Counted from the first letter of the whole stretch, positions 33,513-42,868 are shown. The stretch is 60,121 nucleotides of DNA, filler included, from 7 parts of 7 records of this genome joined end to end with filler, not necessarily neighbours in it; one strand, 5' to 3'. Numbers and translations are program-made. Notes: generated from the sequence alone by a model not told the origin.

Positions 33513-36161
33513 TTGAAAACAAAAAAACCGAGCATCGCCTTTTCCCCTTTGCTCCGCTTCGGTTTGGTCGCTGGGCTGATCATCATGCTGATGGGCGGCA
33601 TATGGGCGTGGCGCGACTACACGCATATGTTGGACGATCTCGGGCAGGACCTGTCCCGCTACGAAGAGGGGCGCCGCGAGGTATTGCGCCGTACGGTCGA
33701 GACCGCCGTGACCGAAATCCGGCATTTGCGGGCAAATCTTGAAGAAAAGCTGCGCGCCGATCTGCTGGCCCGCGTCGATCAGGCCGAGGCCGTCGCCGAC
33801 GGTATCTGCGGAGATCTCACCGATCGCGGGGCTTGCCGGCAATCGGCGGATATGGTTCGCGAGGCGTTGCGACAGGTTCGATTCGGGGCAACCGGATATC
33901 TCTTCGCCTTCGACATGGAAGGTGTCGAACAGCTTTTTCCGCCGGACCCCGCCCTTGAGGGCGTTTCCATGCTGGGACTGCCCGACAACAGGGCGCTGGT
34001 TGTCGGCGACATGTTGAAAATCGTCCGTGAAGACGGCCAGGGTTTTTACCGGTACGCCTGGGCGAAACCGGATACGGCCGGGCGGGATCATCTGAAGATT
34101 TCCTTCGTCAAACTTCATCGCGGCCTCAACTGGGTGATCGGCACCGGTGAATACCTCGTCGATTTCGAGGAAAGGGTTAAAAACCAGGCGCTCAATCGGT
34201 TGGCTGCGGTTCGGTATGGCGATGAAGGCTATTTATTCGCCGGCGACTGGCAGGGGCTTTCCCTTCTCGGGCCGGCAAGCGGGGAAAACATGTGGGAGGT
34301 CGAGGACAGAAACGGCCTCAAGATCGTTCAGGAACTGGTCAAAAAGGCGCGAACGGGTGGGGGTTTCGTCGAATACCATCTGCCGCCGTTCGACGGCGGC
34401 TCGACCTATCCGAAAATCAGTTTCGTCGAAGGGATTGCAGACTGGCAGTGGTATGTCGGTGCCGGCGAATCCATGCAAACAATCCTGGCCGATATTGCCG
34501 AACACCGGGCGGTTGGCGAAAAGCGGGTTCTTGGAAAAGTTTTCCTGATCGTCGTGGTGGCGGCCGTATTCATGGTAATCCTTTTCTGGGGTGGCCGCGC
34601 CATCGCCAATCGCACGAAACGGGATTTCAGCGCGCTGTCGGACTTTTTGCATGAGGCATCGACCACCGATGTCGAACTGGATCCAGTCGGATGGGAATTC
34701 GCCGAATTCGAGGATCTGGCCGCGGCGGCCAATCGGATGGTTGCTCAACGCAGGGAAGCGAATGAAGAGGTCGAGCGTCAGCAGATCAAGCTCACGGAGG
34801 CCATGGATGCGCTCGAAATGCGGGTTCAGGAAAGAACGCGCGAACTGGAAACCGAGAACATTGAACGGCGCCATGTCGAGACCGAACTCCAGCGCGCCAA
34901 CGAAATGCTCGAACGCCGCGTCGAAGAGCGGACCAAGGACCTGAAAGCGCAGATCGTCGAGCGTGAGTTGATGGAAAGGCAATTCGTTCAGGCCCAGAAA
35001 ATGGAAGCGGTCGGCCAATTGGCCGGCGGTTTCGCCCACGACCTCAACAACATCCTGACCGTGATCGTCGGAACCATGGGCGGGCTGAGAAACCGGCTGA
35101 AACAGGATGAAAAGGCGCAGGCCGCCATACGTATCGCCGATGAGGCCATTCGCCGCGCCGCCAATATGACCCGCCGCCTGCTGGTGTTTTCCCGCGAGGC
35201 CGACACCCTTCCGGAAGTTCTGTACATTCCGGACCTGCTGCGCAGCATCGATCCCCTGATAACCAGGGCGCTTCGCGAATCGACCGGATACGAAATCGAC
35301 CTGGCGGCAGATTTGTGGCCGGTGTTCGCCGATCCCAGTCTTCTGGAAAATGCCATCCTCAATGTCGTCTTGAACGCGCAGGATGCGATGCCGAAGGAAG
35401 GGGCGGTTTCGGTTTCGGCGGTGAACCGGGTTCTGTCGGCAGATGACGCGACGGAATACCGCGGTGGGCGCGCGGGTGAATTTGTCGAGATCGCGATCGC
35501 GGATACGGGGCCCGGAATTCCGGAAGGGATGGAGGAAAAGGTGTTCGAACCTTTCTTTTCGACCAAACCGAAAGGGAAGGGAACCGGTCTGGGGCTGAGC
35601 ATGGTTCGGACCTTTGCCCAGCGCTCGGGCGGGTTTGTCGGTATCGAAACCGAACCCGGCCACGGAACGACCATCAAAATCCTTCTTCCGAAAAGCGATG
35701 AAACCGTTTCCGGCACGATCGAAACGGTCGGACCCGCCAGGGATTTCGACTTTGGCGCCCTCAAGGTTCTGGTCGTCGAGGATGACGCCGTCGTCCGCGA
35801 TATCGCGGTCAATTACATGCGGTCGCGGGAATCGCAGATTTCCGAGGCGGCGGACGGTCCGGAAGCCATCGAGATTCTGGAGTTCGGCGATCCCTTCGAC
35901 CTCGTCATATCGGATATTATCATGCCGGGCGGCATGAGCGGCCTGGACCTGAGGGAGCAGATTTCCAAGCGCTGGCCCGAATGCAAGGTCTTGTTGATGA
36001 CGGGTTATTCGGCCGACGAGTTCACACGTCGCGGCTTCGATTGGGAGGGAATCAACCTGATCCGCAAACCGTTCGGCCGGGACGATCTTTTACAGGCGGT
36101 CGCTTCGGCCATGCGGGACGAAGGGCATCGGGTCGTGCGTTCGTCCGAGATATCGCTTTGA
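33513..36161 (+). CDS. Hybrid sensor histidine kinase (double Cache_2, HisKA, HATPase, REC)
   Basis: Two Cache repeats between TMs; GQLAGGFAHDLNN, NAQDAM, DTGPGI, FEPFFSTK, GTGLGL; REC VVEDD...SDIIMPG...RKP; TTG start with GGAGAGG RBS. Confidence 0.93.
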   Translation: MKTKKPSIAFSPLLRFGLVAGLIIMLMGGIWAWRDYTHMLDDLGQDLSRYEEGRREVLRRTVETAVTEIRHLRANLEEKLRADLLARVDQAEAVADGICGDLTDRGACRQSADMVREALRQVRFGATGYLFAFDMEGVEQLFPPDPALEGVSMLGLPDNRALVVGDMLKIVREDGQGFYRYAWAKPDTAGRDHLKISFVKLHRGLNWVIGTGEYLVDFEERVKNQALNRLAAVRYGDEGYLFAGDWQGLSLLGPASGENMWEVEDRNGLKIVQELVKKARTGGGFVEYHLPPFDGGSTYPKISFVEGIADWQWYVGAGESMQTILADIAEHRAVGEKRVLGKVFLIVVVAAVFMVILFWGGRAIANRTKRDFSALSDFLHEASTTDVELDPVGWEFAEFEDLAAAANRMVAQRREANEEVERQQIKLTEAMDALEMRVQERTRELETENIERRHVETELQRANEMLERRVEERTKDLKAQIVERELMERQFVQAQKMEAVGQLAGGFAHDLNNILTVIVGTMGGLRNRLKQDEKAQAAIRIADEAIRRAANMTRRLLVFSREADTLPEVLYIPDLLRSIDPLITRALRESTGYEIDLAADLWPVFADPSLLENAILNVVLNAQDAMPKEGAVSVSAVNRVLSADDATEYRGGRAGEFVEIAIADTGPGIPEGMEEKVFEPFFSTKPKGKGTGLGLSMVRTFAQRSGGFVGIETEPGHGTTIKILLPKSDETVSGTIETVGPARDFDFGALKVLVVEDDAVVRDIAVNYMRSRESQISEAADGPEAIEILEFGDPFDLVISDIIMPGGMSGLDLREQISKRWPECKVLLMTGYSADEFTRRGFDWEGINLIRKPFGRDDLLQAVASAMRDEGHRVVRSSEISL

Positions 36162-36350
36162 TAGGACCGTCGATTTGGCCGGTTTAAGGGTATTGGCCGC
36201 TGTTTTTTTTGGGAGTCATTGCTGCGAAAGACGAATTTGACCGGGATTGGCGTTATAATGGGAATCGCGCTTCACATACGCGAAAAACTTTGCCCCGGCA
36301 GAATCGCCGGGGCACCGGGTTTGTTTGTTGGGCTGAACCGTGACGATGGA

Positions 36351-36575
36351 CTAGATAACCGAAAGGCGCCCCATTTGTTCTGCGGCCGCTATCTTTTTTC
36401 CGTTTTTTGCGGTGCTTGGGTCGGACTCGGAGGCTTTGACCTCTGCCGCAATGACGGCCAAGGCTTCGGCAATCGCCCGATATTCGATTTCGCACGATGG
36501 GTTTTCGAGCGCCAAATAGCGAAGCTCGGCGGACGCAATCACAAGACTCTGGATCGCTTTGTCAACTTGAGTCAC
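36351..36575 (-). CDS. Small helical hypothetical protein (74 aa)
   Basis: GTG start with strong minus-strand RBS TAAGGAG; amphipathic helical sequence; divergent from the HTH gene. Confidence 0.6.
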   Translation of the reverse strand: MTQVDKAIQSLVIASAELRYLALENPSCEIEYRAIAEALAVIAAEVKASESDPSTAKNGKKIAAAEQMGRLSVI

Positions 36576-36589
36576 AGTTAACTCCTTAC

Positions 36590-36604
36590 CACATGTCGAA
36601 TGTG
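36590..36604. promoter_or_regulatory. Candidate operator CACAT-N5-ATGTG
   Basis: Short inverted repeat centred between the two divergent RBSs. Confidence 0.35.
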
Positions 36605-36623
36605 CATAGTTTAGGAGCAGAAG

Positions 36624-37730
36624 ATGCGAAGGTCTTCGCCTTCAAAACAGAACATCTTCAGCAAGGATCGAGACGGATTCAGGCGGCGTCAAACGACCGC
36701 ATTGGGGCGGCGTCTCGGGGACGGCGTTACCGCCAAGAAACTGGCGCACGCGATCGGTGTGCATCCGGACACCGTGCTCAATTGGGCAAATGGCAGGGTC
36801 ATCATGGATGGCGCCGCCATTACAGCGGTCGACAGTTTTTTCATGGCCAGGAACGATCCGAATTTCCTGAGACAGCTGTTTGTTCCTTCCCTTCCCATGG
36901 AGGATTCCTCGCCGGCACCCTGGGCCGACCAGTGCCTTTGGTTCACGGGCGAGGGCACGGCGCACGATGCCCGTCTCGGTCATGCCGAATTTGTTCGTGA
37001 AGCCCTCCAACTGTCGGCACCGACTGCCGATCTGGAGGAATATGCGATTCGAAATCTCGGATGGCTCGAATGTGTCATACGTTCGAACGGCATGGCCCGC
37101 TTGCGCTATGCCGATCAGTCATCCGACCCGGCAGCCGTGTTTCGGGCCCGCGAATGGGTGATATCCGAAAGCCATCGGTTGAAGGGGATCGAATTGCAGG
37201 TCTGGCAAAACGGCTCCTGGGAAGGCTACGACATTCTGTCGCTTTCCGAGGCCGCCCGCATGCTGGACAGGGCTGCCGTAACGGCCGGCTTCAATCGGAT
37301 GTCGGAACGCGATTGGGACGTCGAACGGCTTTCGCTCGATGCGGTTGTGAACAAGCAGATGGCGAACCTCGTTGACAATGCCAACCAGGGTGTCCATGCG
37401 GTCGAGGCCGCCGCCCAGCTTGGAATCATGGATACCTCGTCGGTTCTGTCGGTCGAAAGAAACAACGTCGTGTCCCTCTGGATCGGGCCGACCCTGGGGT
37501 TGCCGTCAGAAGAACTTCTGAACCGTAATGTCCTTGACCGCGAAGATCGCAATTACGCGGCTCTCGTTCACTACCACGTTCTGGAAGCGGCGCAGACCGG
37601 GCCGACTTTCTACCGCCTCGACATCGAAATCATGGGACGGCGGCGGCGCTATGAAAGGGTTGCGATTCCGCAGGGGTCGAACCTCGTTGTGACGACGACC
37701 TCGCTTCTTGAGGAAGGGATTGCGGCCTGA
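36624..37730 (+). CDS. Uncharacterised regulator: XRE/Cro-type HTH + unknown domain + PAS-like C-terminus
   Basis: RBS AGGAG; HTH TAKKLAHAIGVHPDTVLNWANG; C-terminal NVLDREDRNYA...EAAQTGP...RRRYERVAIP...VVT resembles alphaproteobacterial PAS-like domains. Confidence 0.7.
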   Translation: MRRSSPSKQNIFSKDRDGFRRRQTTALGRRLGDGVTAKKLAHAIGVHPDTVLNWANGRVIMDGAAITAVDSFFMARNDPNFLRQLFVPSLPMEDSSPAPWADQCLWFTGEGTAHDARLGHAEFVREALQLSAPTADLEEYAIRNLGWLECVIRSNGMARLRYADQSSDPAAVFRAREWVISESHRLKGIELQVWQNGSWEGYDILSLSEAARMLDRAAVTAGFNRMSERDWDVERLSLDAVVNKQMANLVDNANQGVHAVEAAAQLGIMDTSSVLSVERNNVVSLWIGPTLGLPSEELLNRNVLDREDRNYAALVHYHVLEAAQTGPTFYRLDIEIMGRRRRYERVAIPQGSNLVVTTTSLLEEGIAA

Positions 37731-38536
37731 TGTCTGTTCACTACCTCAACGCTTTTGACGGAGTGCTCTTGCCTCCGACGATTCGTCAAACGGTCGCCAG
37801 CCAAGGGGTTCCAGGGATGGTGCGATCGCTGGAGGAAGTGGGGCTGGCGCCGAAAATCAGCAACGACCTGCAACGCATCGTCGATATCCAGGCCGCAAAC
37901 CCGGACCGCATGCGCCTGTTCCAGCCCTTCAACCCGCTTTTCCAGCCTCAATACAACGCGCGCGACACCATTGTCCTGACGATCGAACGGGACGACGAAC
38001 CGGTCGCCTGCGCCGGTACTCGCCTTATGTGGATCGGCGAAAGCCTTGCCAACGAGATGGAATCGCTGCGCCTTTTCTACTCCAACGTACGCGGCATGTC
38101 GCGGCCGCGGGAAAACGTCGTTGTTACCGCGCCGACGGCAAAACGGATCGGTGACTGTTATGTCGCGTTGACGGGCGCGGTGTTCGTCAAACAGGGCGAA
38201 AGCCCGGTCGTCGTCAAGGCGATGATGCGCCTTCTCCATCTTTGGGTTTTCGTCCACTGGAAATGGACTTGGCTGATCGGATTGGCCTCTCGGCCGATCG
38301 TTCGGGGATACGGCTACGATACTTACGGATTTACCTCGGCCGAGATGGGAATTTGGCGCGAAGGGCGCGAATATTTGCTGCTGCTGGCGCCGCGCCGCCA
38401 CTATGCCGAACTTGTCGGCAATCCGTCGTTCCACGATCTTTCGGTTGCTCTTGGCGAACCTTCGGACGTTGCCAAATACCATGCCGCCGAGGCGGCCAGG
38501 CTGGCCCGGGCTGGCCACGAAGAAGCGGCCGCTTAG
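37730..38536 (+). CDS. Uncharacterised protein, probable GNAT / acyl-synthase-like fold
   Basis: TGATG overlap with upstream gene; pattern IVLTIERDDEPVACAGTRL...ALTGAVFV...MMRLLHLW...WLIGLA...YGF. Confidence 0.6.
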   Translation: MSVHYLNAFDGVLLPPTIRQTVASQGVPGMVRSLEEVGLAPKISNDLQRIVDIQAANPDRMRLFQPFNPLFQPQYNARDTIVLTIERDDEPVACAGTRLMWIGESLANEMESLRLFYSNVRGMSRPRENVVVTAPTAKRIGDCYVALTGAVFVKQGESPVVVKAMMRLLHLWVFVHWKWTWLIGLASRPIVRGYGYDTYGFTSAEMGIWREGREYLLLLAPRRHYAELVGNPSFHDLSVALGEPSDVAKYHAAEAARLARAGHEEAAA

Positions 38537-38552
38537 TACAATCCTCTTAAAT

Positions 38553-39041
38553 CTATTCCGAAAGCCCCAGGCGCCGGTGCCAGTCGGCGATCGATTCGTC
38601 CGGATATTCTTCGAACTTCTTGTCCTTGGGATCGATTTGAAGCGGCACCCAGGATGCCTTCGAGCCGACCATCAGGTGGGTGCGCTCGGGGGCGGCAGGA
38701 AGCTCGCTATCGATGGCCGAAGCAAACGGATGCACCAGTTCGGGCCATCGCGGGTCCCACACCCACAGTGCGCTGCCGCAGGTTTGACAGAAATTTCGGC
38801 GGGCCGGGCTCAATTCGGCCGGTTCGATGCCTGGTTCGCTGAGGCGTACCTGGTAAACGGCAACGCTGTCGCTGCCGTCGACCTCCAGGGTATCGGCGTC
38901 GCCCGACAGGTTGATCGCATAACCGCCGCCGCCCTGGGTTTTGCGGCAGACCGAGCAATAACAAAGGTTGAACGGATACGGATGGGCCGATTGCAGCCGG
39001 AATCGCACGGCGCCGCAATGACAGGAACCTTCGAGTAACAT
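38553..39041 (-). CDS. GFA / CENP-V family Zn-binding protein
   Basis: GSCHCGAVRF, CYCSVCRK, RNFCQTCGSAL. Confidence 0.92.
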   Translation of the reverse strand: MLLEGSCHCGAVRFRLQSAHPYPFNLCYCSVCRKTQGGGGYAINLSGDADTLEVDGSDSVAVYQVRLSEPGIEPAELSPARRNFCQTCGSALWVWDPRWPELVHPFASAIDSELPAAPERTHLMVGSKASWVPLQIDPKDKKFEEYPDESIADWHRRLGLSE

Positions 39042-39102
39042 CGTCGCCTCCCAATCGGTTGTGGCGGCGGAGAAGGGAATCCGCCGCCAGCATTTACTTT
39101 GC

Positions 39103-39867
39103 CTAGGTCGCCACCGAATATCCGCCGTCGACCGGGATCGCGGTGCCGGTGATGTAGTCCGATGCCGGACTTGCCAGGAACACCCCGATGCCGCAGAAAT
39201 CGTCGCCCTTGCCCCAGCGCCCCATCGGGCACCTGTCGGAAACCTTTTCGAAGTGACCCGGCATCGTCTGTTTGAGATCGGCGGTCTGGCCGGTCTCGAT
39301 CCAGCCGGGAAGATAGCAATTGACCTGAATATTCTCCTTTGCCCAGGCAACGGCAAGCGCCCGCGTCAGCTGCATCATGCCGCCCTTGGCGGAAGCATAT
39401 GCAGCCGTGAAGGGGGCGCCGAACAGCGATGCCATTGATCCATTGTTGAGGATCTTGCCGCCGCCGGCCTTCTTGAATTCGGGATACGCCGCCTTCGAGG
39501 CGATAAAGGCGCTGGTCAGGCAAATGTCGACGGTCCAGTGCCATTCCTCGTCGCTCAATTCCTCCGGCCGTTTGCGGACGATGCCGCCGGCATTATTGAC
39601 CAGGATATCGAGTCGCCCGAAGGTTGCGATTGTTTCGGCAACCATGTTCTTGATCGATTCGGGTTCCGTAACATCGGTGAGAACCGCTCTCGCGGTGCCG
39701 CCGTCGGCGCGGATCCGTTCGGCGGCGGCTTCGGTTTTCTCCTGGCTTCTTGCCGCGACGGCGACGGACGCGCCGGCCGATGCCAGGCCGCGCGCGATGC
39801 CCAGCCCGATGCCGCTGTTGCCGCCGGTGACGATGGCTACCCGTCCCGAAAGGTCGAAAAGGTTCAT
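39103..39867 (-). CDS. Short-chain dehydrogenase/reductase (KduD-like)
   Basis: TGGNSGIG, LVNNAG, YASAK, PGWIET, VDGG. Confidence 0.92.
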   Translation of the reverse strand: MNLFDLSGRVAIVTGGNSGIGLGIARGLASAGASVAVAARSQEKTEAAAERIRADGGTARAVLTDVTEPESIKNMVAETIATFGRLDILVNNAGGIVRKRPEELSDEEWHWTVDICLTSAFIASKAAYPEFKKAGGGKILNNGSMASLFGAPFTAAYASAKGGMMQLTRALAVAWAKENIQVNCYLPGWIETGQTADLKQTMPGHFEKVSDRCPMGRWGKGDDFCGIGVFLASPASDYITGTAIPVDGGYSVAT

Positions 39868-40050
39868 GACACAATCCTTTGTTTTTTCCCTATGGATGCA
39901 TTGCCTTTTTTTGCCGCGCCGCGCAACCCCGCCGGCGCCCGCTTAGACCGGGCGGTTGCCCAAACGAATGTTGGTGATTTCCGCGCAAACGCATTGAAAC
40001 GCCGCTTTTGTGCGCCCTATGATGCACCGGCAGAACGGGCGGAGGAAACC

Positions 40051-40530
40051 ATGACACCGGCGGTCACGGCGGCGAAAAAGGCCAAGGTCGGCTTTACCCT
40101 GCATCGCTACGAGCACGATCCGGGCGCCGAATCCTACGGTGGCGAAGCGGCGGAAAAGCTGAATATCGCGGAGGATCGGGTTTTCAAAACCCTGGTCGCA
40201 TCGGTGTCGATCGGGGGTTCCGAAACAATGGCTGTCGGCGTCGTACCGGTCGGTGGGCTGCTCGATCTCAAGCAACTGGCTTCGGCGCTGGGCGGAAAAA
40301 AGGCCGAAATGGCCGACGCCAAGGAAGCCGAACGCGCCACCGGGTATTTGGTCGGCGGCATCAGCCCACTGGGACAGAAGCGCCGTTTGCCCATGGTCCT
40401 TGACGATTCGGCCGGCCGATTCGATACCATATTCGTCAGCGCCGGCCGGCGCGGCCTCGAAATCGAACTGGCGCCGAATGATCTGCAAACCCTGACCGGC
40501 GCCATCCTGGCGCCGATCGCTACCGACTAG
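40051..40530 (+). CDS. ybaK: Cys-tRNA(Pro) deacylase
   Basis: MTPA, VFKTLV, LDLK, TGYLVGGISPLGQK, SAGRRG; RBS GGAGG. Confidence 0.95.
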   Translation: MTPAVTAAKKAKVGFTLHRYEHDPGAESYGGEAAEKLNIAEDRVFKTLVASVSIGGSETMAVGVVPVGGLLDLKQLASALGGKKAEMADAKEAERATGYLVGGISPLGQKRRLPMVLDDSAGRFDTIFVSAGRRGLEIELAPNDLQTLTGAILAPIATD

Positions 40531-40546
40531 CCGTATTCACTCGATC

Positions 40547-42601
40547 TCAGGCCGGGCGTACCCAAACCGCGGTATCGTGAAAGGCGGCGCCGCCACCTGG
40601 GGCAACCATATCCGAACCGACCAGCGTATTGATGCCGTTGCCTTCCTCGAAATCGCGGTTCGGCCAGATCCCCTCGACGACAACGACGCCCGGTTGCAGG
40701 CCGTCGAAGGGCTTGGCATTGACGACCACCGTTCCGCGCCTGTTGCCGAGGCGTACACGGTCGCCCTCGCCGATCTCCAGATCCGCGCAATCGTCCGGGT
40801 GAATCTGAACCATCGGCCTTTTTTCGTTTTTGCGCGATGTCGGGCAAACCGTGAAGCTGGAATTGAGGAAACTCCGTGCCGGTGCCGTCACCAACCGGAA
40901 GGGATGATCGGTGTTGGCCGCCTCGATCAAATCGGCATGATCGGGTAGCGACGGCAAACCGGCATGATCGGGGCCGAGCGCCGCCCAATCGGCGGCAAAA
41001 CGGAACTTTCCGTCGGCGTGCCCGAATCCGTTCAGGAAATGGGCCTCGTCGAAATCGACCTGGCAGTCGACCCAACGCGCCGCATGAACCGCATCGGCGC
41101 CGTCGAAGCCGGATGCCTTCAGGGTTTGATCGACGACCTGCCAACTGCTCATCGCCAATCCCGGATGCTCGATGCCGAGCCGTGTCGCCAGTCCGGCCAG
41201 GACGTCATGATTGCTGCGGGCCTCGGCCAGGGGTTCGATCAGGCGTTTGCCGACCTGAAGGAAGCTGTGGCCGTAGGATCCATAAAGGTCGTCATGCTCG
41301 ACGAAGGTCGTCGCCGGCAGCACGATGTCGGCAAATTCCGCCGTTTCGGTCAGGAACTGCTCGTGCACGCACAGGAACAAATCGTCGCGGGCCAATCCGT
41401 GCCGTACCTTGGCGCTTTCCGGCGCCACCACCGCCGGGTTGGTGTTCTGGACCAGCATCGCCTTGACCGGTGGGCCGCCCAGCAGGGCTTTGTCGTCGCC
41501 GGCAAGGATGTCGCCGATCTTGCACATGTCCAGGCTGCGCGGTTTTGCCGCCTTGTCGTTGCCGCCTTCGATCAGAGTTTTGTCCAGCTTGAACAGGCCG
41601 CCGGACCCGAACAAAGCGCCTCCGCCGCGGTGTTTCCAGGCGCCGGTGATGGCGGGCAGGCAGGAAACCGCGTGCAGGTTGCTGGCGCCGTTGCGCGACC
41701 GGCTGAAACCCAGGCCAAGCCGGATGAAGCTTTTCGCGGTCCTGCCGTAAAGCTGCGCAAACTCGACGATTTCGGTCTGCGTAAGACCGGTGATTGCCGA
41801 CGCCCATTCCGGCGTCCGGCTTTCAAGATGGGCCTCCAGGCGGTCCGGGCAATCCGTATAGGCGGTCAGATAGTCGCGGTCCGCGAAGCCTTCCTTGAAC
41901 AGCACATGCATGATGGCGCATGCCAGTGCGCCGTCTGTCCCGGGCCGCAGGGCCAGGTGCATATCGGACCGGGCCGCCGTTCGCGTCCGATAGGGATCGA
42001 CCGTCACCAGCTTGGCGCCGCGTTCCTTCTTGGCGCGCAAGGCCAGGTTCATGGCTTGGATTTGGGTCGAAACGGCGTTGGTGCCCCACATGACCACCAA
42101 GTCCGATTCGGTCATTTCCCGGCCGTCGGCACCGCGAAGGGCGCCAGCGCCGGCCAGCCATCCGTTTTTCGAGATGGCCGAACAGATCGTCTTGGTCATG
42201 GCGGAATAGCCGCCGGCGCGTTGAAAACCGATCAGGCTGTCGCGCTGCACCAAACCCATGGTTCCGGCATAGAAATAAGGCCAGACGGATTCCCGTCCGT
42301 ATTCCGTCGATGCCCGGACGATGGCGGCGGCGACCTCGTCGAGGGCGTCGTCCCATGAAATCTGTACGAATTGCCCGTCGCCCTTGGTGCCGGTACGGCG
42401 CAGCGGATGTTTCAAGCGATCCGGGTGGTGAACCCGTTCGGCATAGCACGACACCTTGGCGCAAACCACGCCCGCCGTATAGGTGTTGTCGGAGGCGGCG
42501 CGCACGGTGCCGATCTTTGTCTCATCAAGCTTTTCAACCTCCAACGCGCAGGCGCTAGGGCAATCGTGCGGGCAAACCGTGTTCAGGAACTGGCTCGTCA
42601 T
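40547..42601 (-). CDS. Molybdopterin (bis-MGD) oxidoreductase, single catalytic subunit
   Basis: CPHDCPSAC...VCAK [4Fe-4S], RLKHPLRR, ISWDDAL, TICS, RPGTDGAL, ADIVLPA, molydop-binding C-terminus. Confidence 0.92.
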   Translation of the reverse strand: MTSQFLNTVCPHDCPSACALEVEKLDETKIGTVRAASDNTYTAGVVCAKVSCYAERVHHPDRLKHPLRRTGTKGDGQFVQISWDDALDEVAAAIVRASTEYGRESVWPYFYAGTMGLVQRDSLIGFQRAGGYSAMTKTICSAISKNGWLAGAGALRGADGREMTESDLVVMWGTNAVSTQIQAMNLALRAKKERGAKLVTVDPYRTRTAARSDMHLALRPGTDGALACAIMHVLFKEGFADRDYLTAYTDCPDRLEAHLESRTPEWASAITGLTQTEIVEFAQLYGRTAKSFIRLGLGFSRSRNGASNLHAVSCLPAITGAWKHRGGGALFGSGGLFKLDKTLIEGGNDKAAKPRSLDMCKIGDILAGDDKALLGGPPVKAMLVQNTNPAVVAPESAKVRHGLARDDLFLCVHEQFLTETAEFADIVLPATTFVEHDDLYGSYGHSFLQVGKRLIEPLAEARSNHDVLAGLATRLGIEHPGLAMSSWQVVDQTLKASGFDGADAVHAARWVDCQVDFDEAHFLNGFGHADGKFRFAADWAALGPDHAGLPSLPDHADLIEAANTDHPFRLVTAPARSFLNSSFTVCPTSRKNEKRPMVQIHPDDCADLEIGEGDRVRLGNRRGTVVVNAKPFDGLQPGVVVVEGIWPNRDFEEGNGINTLVGSDMVAPGGGAAFHDTAVWVRPA

Positions 42602-42839
42602 CGGTGTCCTCGTTTCGTCGTCCGGCGTCGGTACCGGCAATTCGTGCATCATCCATTGCCCGGCATTATTTGGCCACTTCCGATCGATTGTTAAGTGACG
42701 ATCTTTGGAAAATTGACCGCAGCGGTTGTTCATGTGCTGGCGGTGTTCGCTTAATCGAACAGAAGCAGGGTAGCAGGATTTACAATTCATGACAGAAATT
42801 GGAAATTCATTTTTCCTGAACGAATTCCGACAGCATTTC

Positions 42840-42868
42840 TTGCATTCCCGCCCAAGGGGGCCTAAATT
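42840..42868 (+). promoter_or_regulatory. sigma70 promoter of csp gene (implies roughly 150-nt 5' UTR)
   Basis: TTGCAT-17nt-TAAATT. Confidence 0.6.

Noticed and set aside
36219-37000. ORFs 36219-36581 (+) and 36497-37000 (+)
   Set aside because: No convincing RBS, unstructured composition, and they overlap better-supported genes
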